In this document: piece after piece, positions 31,617 through 42,399 of the stretch
Layout of the letters: each line of letters begins with the position of its first letter
How positions within the stretch are numbered: position 1 is the stretch's first letter
From: an uncultured Rhodospirillaceae bacterium
Lineage (GTDB): Bacteria; Pseudomonadota; Alphaproteobacteria; MPNO01; UBA2964
Assembly (NCBI GenBank): GCA_964499275.1
Contig: CAZCKO010000003.1
Span: 21,729 to 85,728, forward strand
Direction of reading: 5' to 3'
DNA: 64,000 nt
Notes under the pieces: model-generated
What the model was told of the DNA's origin: nothing
Database searches by the model: none
What the model saw: only the letters and a program-made list of their open reading frames with translations
Made by a program: the position numbers and the translations under genes

Positions 31617-32026
31617 TGTCTGATGAATATACAAAGGCGATACCTGTCCCTGGCCCGGAATCTATTCCTTTTTGGGAAGGAGCAAGAAACCATGAATTGC
31701 TAGTCCAACGATGTAAAACTTGTGGCCACCACTGGTTCCCTCCATCAACGGTCTGCACAGGGTGCGGCAGCGACAATATAGAATGGGTGGAAACGACGGG
31801 AAAAGGAAGAATCTTCAGTTTTGTAATTTTTCACCGACTTTATCATAAGGGATGGGACGGTGAAATACCGTATGTCGTTGCAATTATTGAACTTGACGAA
31901 GGTGCAAGAATGCTGAGCAATGTTATTGGCATACCGGTTCAAGACGTAAATTGTGACATGCAAGTAAAAGTTGTATTTGATGATGTGACAGAAGAATTAA
32001 CGTTGCCTAAATTTAGTCCGATTTAG
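31613..32026 (+). CDS. Zn-ribbon/OB-fold protein (DUF35 family, thiolase partner)
   Basis: 137 aa. Rubredoxin-like CKTCGHHWFPPSTVCTGCGS followed by an OB fold. Its start overlaps the thiolase stop. Confidence 0.75.
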   Translation: MMSDEYTKAIPVPGPESIPFWEGARNHELLVQRCKTCGHHWFPPSTVCTGCGSDNIEWVETTGKGRIFSFVIFHRLYHKGWDGEIPYVVAIIELDEGARMLSNVIGIPVQDVNCDMQVKVVFDDVTEELTLPKFSPI

Positions 32027-33224
32027 AGGAATCGTTGAGTGGGTCACCGGTTAGGAACCAGAATGCCGCGGCACTCCCGATAACACAGCAAGCTATAATA
32101 TAAGCCATCGGTAGCGCTGTGCCATCATGGAAATAACCTACTAGGGCACCGACAAGAGCGCCTGTACCGAAACGTATAAACCCTAACATCGCAGAAGCGG
32201 TCCCCGCTATATGCGGGAAATATTCCATCGCACCAGCGGTTGCATTAGCATTGACCATATTATGCGGGGTCATGAAAATGATGACGGGAATAACGATTCC
32301 AAATAACCCAAAAGCACCATAATTAGCACTAATCGCCAGACCTATACCGCCAACTAGAGCAATTGTTGTTCCGACAGCCAACATTCGTCGAACTCCAAAT
32401 CGAATGACAAGCCGACTATTAAGGTATGACCCACCCATAATCGCAAAAACACTTAGAGAGAATAAAAGCCCAAAATTCTCAGGTGCAACGCCAAATAATT
32501 CGATATAGATAAAAGGCGTACCGGAAAGCTGTGCAAACATGGTGGCAAAAGAAAGACCGCCGCAGATCATATATCCTGCTGCACGTCGATGACATACTAC
32601 GCTGATGTAATCTTTTAAAATTTTAGAAAAACTCGATGAGGTTCGCTTTTCAGGAGGATGAGTTTCGGGCAACCTTAGGACACCAAGAATAAAAGCGATA
32701 ACCCCAAAACATGTCAGCACCCAAAATATCAGCCGCCAGTCGCCAAAAAATTTCAAAATATAACCACCTACAAAAGGAGAGATTAAAGCCGCCAGGGACG
32801 GGACTAATAACATCAGAGATAGCGCACGAGCACCCTCGAGTTTATTAAAAAGATCTCGAATGATTGCCCGCGATAATACTATTCCTGCTGCTCCACCTAA
32901 CGCTTGGAAAAATCTTGCTATGATCAGTTCATCAATAGAGGTTGTAAGGACGCAAAGGACACTGGCAACCGCATAAATAGCAATCCCGGCAAGTAAAACA
33001 TACCGGCGGCCCATCCTGTCCGAAATAGGACCGTATATAAGCTGTCCAATCCCAAAAGCGATGGTGAACGCGCTCAGGGTAAGCTGAGCCTTGCTTGGTG
33101 TAGTCTTAAAATAATGAACAAGCTCTGGAAATGCTGGAAGGTACATATCCATCGACATCGGCCCAAAGGCTGTCAGGATACCGAGGATAATTAGGACGGC
33201 AGCACCGGTCGCGGAACTTGGCAT
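32013..33224 (-). CDS. MFS transporter (Bcr/CflA drug-resistance subfamily)
   Basis: 403 aa with 12 TM helices and an MFS motif A-like GRRYVL. Confidence 0.8.
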   Translation of the reverse strand: MPSSATGAAVLIILGILTAFGPMSMDMYLPAFPELVHYFKTTPSKAQLTLSAFTIAFGIGQLIYGPISDRMGRRYVLLAGIAIYAVASVLCVLTTSIDELIIARFFQALGGAAGIVLSRAIIRDLFNKLEGARALSLMLLVPSLAALISPFVGGYILKFFGDWRLIFWVLTCFGVIAFILGVLRLPETHPPEKRTSSSFSKILKDYISVVCHRRAAGYMICGGLSFATMFAQLSGTPFIYIELFGVAPENFGLLFSLSVFAIMGGSYLNSRLVIRFGVRRMLAVGTTIALVGGIGLAISANYGAFGLFGIVIPVIIFMTPHNMVNANATAGAMEYFPHIAGTASAMLGFIRFGTGALVGALVGYFHDGTALPMAYIIACCVIGSAAAFWFLTGDPLNDSSKSD

Positions 33225-33291
33225 GATATACCGTTTTAAAGAACAAAAATATTATGGGAAATCTTACTAAAATTGTTTGAGGTATAATTAT

Positions 33292-33705
33292 TCAGCGAGG
33301 TCGGCCTTTTTCGAATTTATCAGTAAAGTCCAAGGGAGGTGTATAAGGCAGAGACTTTGAAGTATAGACCTCGATTTGTGGTCTGATTTCACCAACATTG
33401 TCGATAGTGCCTATTTTAACATTCTTGATACCGGGGCTTCCTGACCCAGAACCAAAAAGCTGGGAACCACAAGTTGCGCAAAACTCTTTTGTCATCATGC
33501 TACCGCTGTCCGCTGTATGCTGGTAGCTGGTCGTCGAACCCTGAAGAACATTTAGATTATTTTCCTCTACAAAAACATTTGTAGCAAATGCTGAGCCCGT
33601 CGCCCGCCGGCAATCGTCACAATGGCATTGAGCCACTCGAACTGGCTCTCCTGTCACTTCATACCTCACTGCACCGCAAAGGCAGCTCCCTGTGAATCCG
33701 GCCAT
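33292..33705 (-). CDS. GFA family protein (glutathione-dependent formaldehyde-activating enzyme / CENP-V fold)
   Basis: 137 aa. Zinc-binding pattern CLCGAVRYEV...CHCDDCRRATGSAF...CATCGS. Confidence 0.8.
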   Translation of the reverse strand: MAGFTGSCLCGAVRYEVTGEPVRVAQCHCDDCRRATGSAFATNVFVEENNLNVLQGSTTSYQHTADSGSMMTKEFCATCGSQLFGSGSGSPGIKNVKIGTIDNVGEIRPQIEVYTSKSLPYTPPLDFTDKFEKGRPR

Positions 33706-33795
33706 TGAATTATCCTTCCTTTAAAACTATTAGCCTATCGCACCACATGCAATCTGCTGTAAAAACAATAGGAACAAATTTATTGAGGTCAGATT

Positions 33796-34014
33796 ATGCC
33801 AAATGATAGCGATAAAGACGATTTAATTTTTGAATCAATGATAACAGCCTCGAAAGTTCCGGTATCAGAAGAAGAAAAGCGAGCTCTGCGCAATGCTTAT
33901 ACTTCATTGATGGATCTTGCTTCAAAAACACGCAAACCTGGTCGTGCTTGGGATGTAAGGATGCTCCCTATTTTTGCTCCAGACGCTCCAAAGGGAATTA
34001 ACGATGACTGTTGA
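33796..34014 (+). CDS. small hypothetical protein translationally coupled to the downstream amidase (GatC/AtzG-like partner?)
   Basis: 72-aa acidic ORF. Its stop (...GAC TGT TGA) overlaps the amidase ATG (aacgATGACTGTTGAtcg). Confidence 0.4.
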   Translation: MPNDSDKDDLIFESMITASKVPVSEEEKRALRNAYTSLMDLASKTRKPGRAWDVRMLPIFAPDAPKGINDDC

Positions 34015-35404
34015 TCGTAACATTCCAACGATCGCTGAAGCTGCACGCCAAATTAAGGCCGGCTTGTTATCTCCCACTTCCTTAGTAGAATCTTGCCTCC
34101 ACCGGATCGAGAAGCATGACCCTGTTATCAATGCATTCCATACCGTTTTCGCTGACCAAGCCATAATAGATGCTCAACTTGCAGAAAAAGAAATTAAAGA
34201 AGGAAATTATCTTGGCCCATTACACGGTATCCCCATCGGACTAAAAGATGTCTTCTATCTGAAAGGCCACAAGACCACCGCCAATTCTCGTGTGATGGCA
34301 GATTTTGAAGCTGACGAAGATGCGACAGTAATTACCCGATTACGAGAAGCTGGCGCTATTTTTATCGGTCAGCTCAATACGTATGAGTTTACATTTGGCG
34401 GTAGACCAACTTTTGACGCCCTCTATCCACCCGCTCGTAACCCTTGGGATATTACCCGCTCTACAGGAGGCTCTAGCAGTGGCTCGGGAGCTGCCGTTGC
34501 CGCCGGGTTTTGTCTTGGTGCTCTTGGTAGCGATGCCGGCGGATCTATACGGACACCTTCCGCATTTTGTGGTATCGCCGGAATGAAAGCCACTTTCGGT
34601 AGAGTAAGTACATTTGGGGACCTACCTCTTTCCTTTTCCTTTGATTGTGTTGGGCCGATGACATGGAATAGCGAAGACAGCGCTCTGATGCTACAAGTGC
34701 TGGCGGGCTATGATGAGCGTGACGCAGGGAGTGTCGATACCCCCGTCGGAGACTACGTCGGGCGCCTGAACGAAAGTATCCACGGGCTAAAAATTGGCAT
34801 GATTCGCCATTTCTACACTGATGATTTTGATTCCCCAGTGGAGATTGCCAAATCTATCGATGGTGTAGGCTCTACACTGCAAGAAATGGGAGCAACAGTT
34901 GACGAAATTCATGTGTCCCCTCTGATCGATTGGCATGCGGTGGGACGTATTATTCTCCCAGCAGAAGCTTTTGCCATTCATGAGGAAAATTTACAAAAAA
35001 GATGGGAAGAATTTGGTCCACTAGCTCGAAACCGGATGATGCTCGGAAGTCTGGTGAGGGCGGCTGACTATATTCAGGCACAACGACGGCGTACCGAATT
35101 GCTTGAAGAGATTGAGACCGCATTTCGTGACTATGACATCATAATCACTACGGCCATGTTAACACCGCAGCCCCCCCTAGACGACAAGGCGCCATTTCCA
35201 TTTCTTGATGTTCCAATGATTGCTGTACCCTTTAACTTAACCCTTCACCCTGTCCAAACGGTACGGGCCGGATTTTTTGATGATGGCATGCCAATCGGAG
35301 CCCAGATCATCGGAGGCCATTGGGATGAATCTACAGTTCTCAAAGTGGCCCATGCCTTTGAGAAAAAGGCTGGCCTTTTAAATCGTTTTCCTAACTTGAT
35401 GTAA
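34004..35404 (+). CDS. amidase-signature family amidase (GatA-like)
   Basis: AS signature GGSSSGSGAAVAAG, catalytic Lys in GLKD and cis-Ser in GGSIR. The track ORF begins at 33974; the likely start is ATG 34004 (MTVDRNIPTIAEA...). Confidence 0.85.
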   Translation: MTVDRNIPTIAEAARQIKAGLLSPTSLVESCLHRIEKHDPVINAFHTVFADQAIIDAQLAEKEIKEGNYLGPLHGIPIGLKDVFYLKGHKTTANSRVMADFEADEDATVITRLREAGAIFIGQLNTYEFTFGGRPTFDALYPPARNPWDITRSTGGSSSGSGAAVAAGFCLGALGSDAGGSIRTPSAFCGIAGMKATFGRVSTFGDLPLSFSFDCVGPMTWNSEDSALMLQVLAGYDERDAGSVDTPVGDYVGRLNESIHGLKIGMIRHFYTDDFDSPVEIAKSIDGVGSTLQEMGATVDEIHVSPLIDWHAVGRIILPAEAFAIHEENLQKRWEEFGPLARNRMMLGSLVRAADYIQAQRRRTELLEEIETAFRDYDIIITTAMLTPQPPLDDKAPFPFLDVPMIAVPFNLTLHPVQTVRAGFFDDGMPIGAQIIGGHWDESTVLKVAHAFEKKAGLLNRFPNLM

Positions 35405-35487
35405 GGAAATTTGTACGGGGTCTTGATCCGATCTAATTACCTCGTCAGGATAAAGGAATAATAACCGTACTCTATACAGGGAGAAAA

Positions 35488-37809
35488 ATGGGACAATTCG
35501 CATTAGGCCAATCGGTTCCGCGCACCGAAGACCCTCGCCTTTTACGTGGGGATGGTCGCTATGTCGATGATATTAAGCTATTAAACGAGTGCCACGCGTA
35601 CATGCTGCGCTCACCACATGCCCACGCAAAGATCATAGGTTTAGATTGTAAAGCGGCACGAGGAATGCCTGGTGTTATCGCTATTTTTACGGGTGAGGAC
35701 TGGGTAGCTGATGGTCACGGCCAGCATCCGGCCGGACATAATCGTATACGCCGCGATGGTGCACCTCTCTATGTTCCAACCAGACACGCAATAGCCCACA
35801 AAGAAGTTAAAGTAAGCGGCGATATCGTCGCGATGGTCGTTGCTGAAACTGTCAACCAGGGTAAAGACGCCGCCGAAGCAATCATCGTGGACTACGAACT
35901 TTTACCAGCTATCACGGAGGGCACACAGGCGGCTGCAGATGGAGCACCGATACTCCATAAAGGCTGTGAAAAGAACGAAAGCTATTTTTATACAGCAGGC
36001 AATAAAGAGGCTGTGGACTCTGCGATAAAGGGCGCCCACCACGTTACAAGACTTCAAACGAAAATAAACCGAATTACAGCGAACACAATGGAGCCCCGCT
36101 CTTGTATCGGTGATTACGATCACAGGTTTAATCGATATATCTTGATGGGTGGTACACAGCGCCCCCACCTTTTGCGTAAAACACTTGCAATTGACGTCTT
36201 TGGTGTACCGGAAACAGCTGTGAAGATGGTCACCCCGGATGTTGGCGGTAGTTTTGGTATGAAAGGTGGGCATGCACCGGAAAATCATGCCTGTATGTGG
36301 GCTGCCAAAAAAATTGGGCGACCCGTACGGTGGGTGTGTGAACGTAGTGACGGTCATGTCACCGATTACCATGATCGCGACCAGCTCACCGATGCACATC
36401 TCGCATTAAATAAAGACGGTGAGTTCTTGGCACTTAAGGTCAGCAACATTTGTAATATTGGTGCCTGGCTTGATCCCGGTGGAACAATTTCCCCGGCCGG
36501 ACACCTTGGCGGGCTGGCCGCAACCTATAAGACACCATTAATTTATGCAGAATCTTCAGCAGTTTTCACCAACACCAGTGCCAATGGACCTTTTCGAGGC
36601 TCTGGCCGCCCTGAAGCATCCTACGTCATCGAGCGCCTAATTGATAATGCCGCCCGTGAAATGCATTTAGATCGCGCAGAAATACGGTTGCGAAATATCG
36701 TCCCTCCGGAGGCCATGCCATTCAAGACCGGTTTGATATATACGCTTGATTGCGGTGAATTCGGTAAAAATATGGAAAATACCCTAAAAATGGGCGACTA
36801 CCAAGGGTTTGAAGGCCGCCGAGAGAACGCCCGTAAGGATGGCAGACTCCGGGGCCTAGGGATCGCCAATTTCATCGAACAAACGGCACAACTTGATGGA
36901 GAGACTGTCAGCATACAGTTTGACCAGTCCGGAACTGTTACAGTTATACCAGGCTCTGTCGATCACGGTCAGGGACATGATACGATGTATAAAATTGTTG
37001 TCTCTGACGCGCTAGGCATTGATGAAAATGATATTCGTGTCTCCTACGGAGATACCGATTCTCTTCCTTATGGCGGCGGCACATATGCATCAAGAACAGC
37101 TATTCTTGGCAGCTCGGCAGCGGTACGAGCGATCGACAAGATTCTTGAAAAGGGTAAGAAAATAGCTGCACATATTTTAGAAGCAGCTGATGCCGATATC
37201 GAATTCAAGGATGGCTCATTCCAAGTAGTCGGCACAGACAGAGAGGTGACAATCCAGGACGTCGCCAAGGCCTCCTATCGCAGTGATCAGCTCCCGGATG
37301 GTATGGAACGGGGACTATTTGATACCGATACCTTCACTCCAGGGACACCCACCTTTCCCAATGGATGTCACGTTGTTGAGATCGAAATTGAGCCGGAAAC
37401 GGGTGTAACGGAAATTCTAAAATACTCGGTTACAGACGACGTTGGCACAGTGATCAATGCATTGACTTTGGAGGGCCAAATCCATGGCGGTATCGGACAG
37501 GGAGTAGGCCAAGCCTTTACAGAGGGGATACAGTATAGCGCTGATGGCCAACTTTTAACCGGCTCCTTTCTTGATTATGGAATGCCGCGTGCTGACGACA
37601 TGTGCAGCTTTGACCTGTCGAATAACCCCGTTCCAACCAAATTAAATCCGGTGGGAGCAAAAGGGGCTGGTGAAGCAGGAAATGTTGGAGCATTAGCAGC
37701 AATCATGAATGCCGTTGTTGATGCGCTGACACCTCTCGGTATCGAGAACCTCGACATGCCCGCAACACCGGAGAAAATTTGGCGGGCTATCCAAGATGCG
37801 AGTGTCTAG
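35488..37809 (+). CDS. xanthine dehydrogenase family molybdopterin-binding large subunit (CoxL-like, not form I CODH)
   Basis: 773 aa. N-terminus [28 protein letters not shown] is CoxL-like. The active-site loop reads GPFRGSGR rather than AYXCSFR. No adjacent FeS or FAD subunit genes. Confidence 0.75.
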   Translation: MGQFALGQSVPRTEDPRLLRGDGRYVDDIKLLNECHAYMLRSPHAHAKIIGLDCKAARGMPGVIAIFTGEDWVADGHGQHPAGHNRIRRDGAPLYVPTRHAIAHKEVKVSGDIVAMVVAETVNQGKDAAEAIIVDYELLPAITEGTQAAADGAPILHKGCEKNESYFYTAGNKEAVDSAIKGAHHVTRLQTKINRITANTMEPRSCIGDYDHRFNRYILMGGTQRPHLLRKTLAIDVFGVPETAVKMVTPDVGGSFGMKGGHAPENHACMWAAKKIGRPVRWVCERSDGHVTDYHDRDQLTDAHLALNKDGEFLALKVSNICNIGAWLDPGGTISPAGHLGGLAATYKTPLIYAESSAVFTNTSANGPFRGSGRPEASYVIERLIDNAAREMHLDRAEIRLRNIVPPEAMPFKTGLIYTLDCGEFGKNMENTLKMGDYQGFEGRRENARKDGRLRGLGIANFIEQTAQLDGETVSIQFDQSGTVTVIPGSVDHGQGHDTMYKIVVSDALGIDENDIRVSYGDTDSLPYGGGTYASRTAILGSSAAVRAIDKILEKGKKIAAHILEAADADIEFKDGSFQVVGTDREVTIQDVAKASYRSDQLPDGMERGLFDTDTFTPGTPTFPNGCHVVEIEIEPETGVTEILKYSVTDDVGTVINALTLEGQIHGGIGQGVGQAFTEGIQYSADGQLLTGSFLDYGMPRADDMCSFDLSNNPVPTKLNPVGAKGAGEAGNVGALAAIMNAVVDALTPLGIENLDMPATPEKIWRAIQDASV

Positions 37810-37811
37810 GA

Positions 37812-39524
37812 TTATTCGGCCAAAATAGACGCGGATATTTTTTCGCCTATCATAATTGTAGAGATATTGGTATTCGCGCATGGCACCATAGGCATGATCG
37901 AAGCGTCACAAACTCTTAAGCCCGAGACACCATAAACCCGACCAGATGGATCCGTTACTGCACCGGGGTCTTCTTCTCCGCCCATTCGGCAGGTACAGGA
38001 AGCATGCCAATGACCCAATACCGTTTTTCGAATCCACTGCTCAATCGTGGATTCATCTTCCATTAAATCTTTTATCGATGGGCCATCGGCAATCATATTC
38101 TCAATAATCCACCGTCGCATAAAGGATGAAGCATCCATCGCTTGCGCCCCTATCCAAGTCTGTAAACGATTCCAGTTACTATAAACACCTACTTTTCGTG
38201 CGCGTGTCCCATAACTCACCGGAAATACGTCCAGCACAGACTCCTGAAGTTCAGACCTTTCACAGAGTTTAGCCATTACTCTTACTCCAGAAATCATGCG
38301 GTCCATATCACGCCGATCAGAGCACATATTGAAGTCAACGTTGGGCTCACCAAAGATATTTTCAGCGTCCAAAGTCACTTCGCCTGTCGAATAGGACTTA
38401 TTCACCCAGAGCTGCATTATACCCATACGGTCACCAATAGGGTGCCAGGCAGCGCGATTCGTAGGAACGATGTACATGTCTCCTTTCGGGACACCCTTCA
38501 ACCCAGAGGACCAGCGAACGGCCGCTATCATATGGGTGGGTAATCCAGGTGTCAGTCTGGCTTCTTTCCTGAGATAGGCCCCGAAATTTACTCCAGGATG
38601 CTCCATAAGATTTTTTCCAACACCGGCTCGATCGACGACTACGTCGACCCCTAATGCTGTCAACTCATCACCCGGCCCTATTCCTGAACGCATCAAGAGG
38701 GGAGGTGTATGCAAAGCACCCGTACAAACCACAACCTCTTGAGCTTGAATATTAAAAGTTTTGCCAGGCCGATTTACCCTGACCCCCTTAAACTGCTTTC
38801 CTTCAAAGATCAGCCTTTCAACATCAGCAAGGTCCAGCATATCAAAATTTGGTCTTGAACGGACTTCATTCGTTAGATACGCGGATGACGCGGAGATACG
38901 CTTCCCATCGATGTTATTCATCGGAATTGGAAAATACCCATCCTCAAATACTGCATTTTGATCCTTCAGGTTTTTCCAACCATCCTTTTCAGCAGCGTTG
39001 ATCGCAGCGGCTGTGAAGCCAGGCCACTGATCTTCAAAAAGCCGTCTTAAACCGATTGGGCCATCGTCCCCATGCAAAGGGCCATCAAAATCGTGGTCTT
39101 TTTCAAGCTTTTTAAAATAGGGCAAAACATCATCCCACCCCCACCCTTTTGCACCAAGATCCTGCCACCCATCATAATCGCTTGGAAGACCCCGATTAGC
39201 ACACATCCCATTTACAGAAGATCCACCGCCAATGACCTTACCCTGATTATATCGTCGCTTTGGTCTTTCATCCGGAGCATTGCTGGGGCGAGGCAGGAAA
39301 GAGGCGCTAAGTCCTGGCCAGGTAAACCGGGGGGCACCTTTAGCCGTTGCAACAAAATTATTATTCAGCTCTTCGGGTTCGCTACCTGGCGGGTAATCTT
39401 TGCCGGCTTCAAGCAGCAGAACATTATTCGTTGACCGTTCCGTCAGTCGACTGGCAAGAACACTGCCGGCTGATCCCCCCCCGATTATAATATAATCTAG
39501 TTTCTTGCCCTCAAACTCTGACAC
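37812..39524 (-). CDS. GMC family oxidoreductase (choline dehydrogenase-like)
   Basis: 570 aa. FAD-binding N-terminus YIIIGGGSAGSVLASRL and the GMC signature regions. Confidence 0.85.
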   Translation of the reverse strand: MSEFEGKKLDYIIIGGGSAGSVLASRLTERSTNNVLLLEAGKDYPPGSEPEELNNNFVATAKGAPRFTWPGLSASFLPRPSNAPDERPKRRYNQGKVIGGGSSVNGMCANRGLPSDYDGWQDLGAKGWGWDDVLPYFKKLEKDHDFDGPLHGDDGPIGLRRLFEDQWPGFTAAAINAAEKDGWKNLKDQNAVFEDGYFPIPMNNIDGKRISASSAYLTNEVRSRPNFDMLDLADVERLIFEGKQFKGVRVNRPGKTFNIQAQEVVVCTGALHTPPLLMRSGIGPGDELTALGVDVVVDRAGVGKNLMEHPGVNFGAYLRKEARLTPGLPTHMIAAVRWSSGLKGVPKGDMYIVPTNRAAWHPIGDRMGIMQLWVNKSYSTGEVTLDAENIFGEPNVDFNMCSDRRDMDRMISGVRVMAKLCERSELQESVLDVFPVSYGTRARKVGVYSNWNRLQTWIGAQAMDASSFMRRWIIENMIADGPSIKDLMEDESTIEQWIRKTVLGHWHASCTCRMGGEEDPGAVTDPSGRVYGVSGLRVCDASIMPMVPCANTNISTIMIGEKISASILAE

Positions 39525-39603
39525 CGCTCATTCCCCCTAATCCAAAAAAATATTGGAGAGGATACACCTATATTCAATACCTGTAACGGGTTGCCTGGTT
39601 GGT

Positions 39604-40479
39604 TTATTCCGCCGCTTCATCAAAGAACGGTGCAGCGCCCTCAAAAACAGGCTTAGTATCCTGTATGGTCAGACGCCTCAACATACGCCGCTCTTCGCGT
39701 GGAAAATCTGTACGAGCATGGATAGTACAGCGATTATCCCACATTATCAGGTCACCAACCTGCCACGGGTGCTCATAGACAAATTCGGGGCTTTTTTGGT
39801 GTTCAAATAATTGAGCTAAAATGGTATCGCTCTCTACCTTATCAAGGCCAACGATTTCCTCTGTCATCAATTCACTGACAAATAGGGCTGACCTACCGGT
39901 CTCCGGGTGCTTGCGAAAAACCGGGTGAGCGTAATGCGGAAAATTGTTCCGGTCATACTTTTCCTTCATCTTCAGCGTCGTGCCATACTCGTATACCTGC
40001 ATAGCTTTCTTCCCGTTAAGACGACGTTTGAGTTCTACCGGCAACTGTTCTGCAGCCGTATAGCAGTTTGAGAATAATGTATTGCCGCCCCACGAGGTGA
40101 GTTCCATTGCGTAGAGCATCGTCGCTTTTGATGGAAACTCAAAGTAAGCCGTATCGGCATGAAAGGTCATTTCGCCATCAGGTAAGGAACCTATAGGCTT
40201 GCCATTTTCGCGAACGTTGGTAACCAACATAACATGTTCGCCATACTCATCCAGCTCATTTGGTTTTGTGCCCGGCCTGTTTCGGCTTCCAAGTTCTCCG
40301 AAGTTAAGAGCGAACATTTTTTGTTGTTCCAATGTTATATCCTGATCACGCAAGCAGATGAGACCATAGTTATGGAAAGCCTCTTCGATTTGCCTTAGTT
40401 TTCCAGGTTCTAGGGCTTGTTGGAGATCGACACCCGTGATTTCTGCACCAACAGCATCTGAGAGGGGCATGATTTTCAT
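39604..40479 (-). CDS. TauD/TfdA family Fe(II)/2-oxoglutarate-dependent dioxygenase
   Basis: 291 aa. N-terminal LSDAVGAEITGVDL and the HxD...H facial-triad pattern typical of TauD. Confidence 0.8.
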   Translation of the reverse strand: MKIMPLSDAVGAEITGVDLQQALEPGKLRQIEEAFHNYGLICLRDQDITLEQQKMFALNFGELGSRNRPGTKPNELDEYGEHVMLVTNVRENGKPIGSLPDGEMTFHADTAYFEFPSKATMLYAMELTSWGGNTLFSNCYTAAEQLPVELKRRLNGKKAMQVYEYGTTLKMKEKYDRNNFPHYAHPVFRKHPETGRSALFVSELMTEEIVGLDKVESDTILAQLFEHQKSPEFVYEHPWQVGDLIMWDNRCTIHARTDFPREERRMLRRLTIQDTKPVFEGAAPFFDEAAE

Positions 40480-40583
40480 ACGCTCTTTCCTTTAATTGCC
40501 AGCCGGTTTGTTCACGTATTATACAGATTTTTCAGCAGACTTGAAGACTTGCCGTAACGATTAAGGCACTCTAAATAGGAAAC

Positions 40584-42395
40584 ATGGCGCCACCACTTTT
40601 AATTCTGAGAGATATCAACCTATCTTTTGGCGGAACCCCGCTCTTTGAGGGCGCCGAATTGAGTGTTTCAGAGAATGATCGCGTGTGTCTGGTAGGGCGG
40701 AACGGATCGGGAAAATCAACATTATTGAAAATCGTTGCCGGTCTTGTTGAGCCCGATGACGGCGAGGTATTCCTTCAGCCTGGCACAACGGTGCGCTACC
40801 TACAGCAAGAACCTGATATGGCAGAATTTAAGGACGCCCTTACATATGTCAAAGGAGGGTTGGCCCCAGGCGATGACCACCATAGAGCCCAATATATACT
40901 TAACCGGCTGGATTTATCAGGCGAAGAAAACCTATCAACTCTTTCCGGAGGCGAGAAACGACGCTGCGCTCTAGCCCGCGTATTAGCCCCCAACCCTGAT
41001 ATTCTTTTATTGGATGAACCGACCAACCATCTCGATCTACCCGCGATTGAATGGCTTGAAAGTGAATTACAATCAATGCGTACCGCACTGGTCGTGGTTA
41101 GCCACGATCGGCGGTTTCTTGAAAATTTATCACGATCAACGATATGGCTTGCGCAAGGTACTACACGTGCACTTGACCAAAACTTTGGCAAATTTGAGGG
41201 CTGGAGAGATACCATCTTAGAACAAGAGGAGGTTGAACGTCACAAGCTGGATCGTAAGCTCGCCACCGAAATGGAATGGCTACGAAAAGGTGTAACTGCC
41301 CGCCGAAAACGAAACCAGGGGCGCCTGCGGGCTCTAATCGCTCTTCGAAAGGAACGCAGGGAACAACGTGGGCCTATTGGACAGGTTACCTTTACCAACA
41401 CAGAGACTGCTCAATCAGGAAAACTGGTGTTAAAGGCTAAGTCAATAAGTAAGAGTTTTGGCAAGACACCGATTGTTAAAGAATTTTCAATACGGATTCA
41501 AAGAGGTGATCGTGTCGGGATCGTAGGACCGAACGGTGCAGGAAAAACAACATTGATTAATCTGCTGACGGGGATCTTGACTCCTGATGAAGGTAGAGTG
41601 CGGCTGGGAACCAACCTTGAAATGGTTACGCTGGATCAGAATAGGGAAAATCTGAACCCAGTTTCTACTCTTTCAGATGCACTTACCGGGGGCAGTGAAT
41701 TTGTTTCGGTAAATGACAAAAACAAACATGTTATTGGCTATATGAAAGAATTTTTATTTTCTCCAGAACAGGCTCGTACACCGATTGGTGTATTATCCGG
41801 AGGTGAACGAGGGAGGTTGATGCTCGCCCGCGCTCTTGCGAAGCCTTCAAATTTATTAATCCTCGATGAACCTACCAACGACCTCGATATCGAAACGTTA
41901 GACCTGTTACAGGAAATGATTTCTGACTACAGTGGTACGGTCATCCTTGTAAGCCATGATCGAGATTTTCTTGATAGAACAGCAACATCAATTATCTGCT
42001 CTGAGGGGAATGGTGAATGGATTGAATACGCGGGTGGTTATAGAGACATGTTATCGCAGAGAGTTAGCAACGTCAGTAAGAGAAAAAAAATAACTACGGC
42101 CAAAAGACCTTCAGCCACCTCAAAATCACTGGCAAAGACTGCCGCGAATAACAAAAGAAAGATGTCATACAAAGATAAACATACACTTGAGACCTTGCCT
42201 GCGCAGATGGAGGAAATGCAGAAGGTAATTGAAAGACACCAGTCAACGTTATCAGATCCAAACCTTTTTCAGTTGGACCCCGACGCCTATGCGAAATCAG
42301 CCAACATAATTAAAACTACCCAGTTAGAATTAAAAAAGGCCGAAGAAAAGTGGCTTGAACTCGAGATACTCCGTGAACAAATTGAACGAAGGTAA
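40584..42395 (+). CDS. uup: ABC-F family ATPase (Uup-like)
   Basis: 603 aa. Two ABC domains (GRNGSGKST, GPNGAGKTT; two LSGGE signatures) with no TM region, plus a C-terminal coiled-coil/DNA-binding tail. Confidence 0.85.
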   Translation: MAPPLLILRDINLSFGGTPLFEGAELSVSENDRVCLVGRNGSGKSTLLKIVAGLVEPDDGEVFLQPGTTVRYLQQEPDMAEFKDALTYVKGGLAPGDDHHRAQYILNRLDLSGEENLSTLSGGEKRRCALARVLAPNPDILLLDEPTNHLDLPAIEWLESELQSMRTALVVVSHDRRFLENLSRSTIWLAQGTTRALDQNFGKFEGWRDTILEQEEVERHKLDRKLATEMEWLRKGVTARRKRNQGRLRALIALRKERREQRGPIGQVTFTNTETAQSGKLVLKAKSISKSFGKTPIVKEFSIRIQRGDRVGIVGPNGAGKTTLINLLTGILTPDEGRVRLGTNLEMVTLDQNRENLNPVSTLSDALTGGSEFVSVNDKNKHVIGYMKEFLFSPEQARTPIGVLSGGERGRLMLARALAKPSNLLILDEPTNDLDIETLDLLQEMISDYSGTVILVSHDRDFLDRTATSIICSEGNGEWIEYAGGYRDMLSQRVSNVSKRKKITTAKRPSATSKSLAKTAANNKRKMSYKDKHTLETLPAQMEEMQKVIERHQSTLSDPNLFQLDPDAYAKSANIIKTTQLELKKAEEKWLELEILREQIERR

Positions 42396-42399
42396 GACC

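Noticed and set aside
35902-36399. 165-aa minus-strand ORF inside the CoxL-like gene. Similar antisense ORFs occur at 40796..41215, 45133..45483, 55506..56189 and 61858..62475.
   Set aside because: All are embedded antisense in long, motif-supported genes and have Cys/Arg/Ser-rich composition typical of shadow ORFs.
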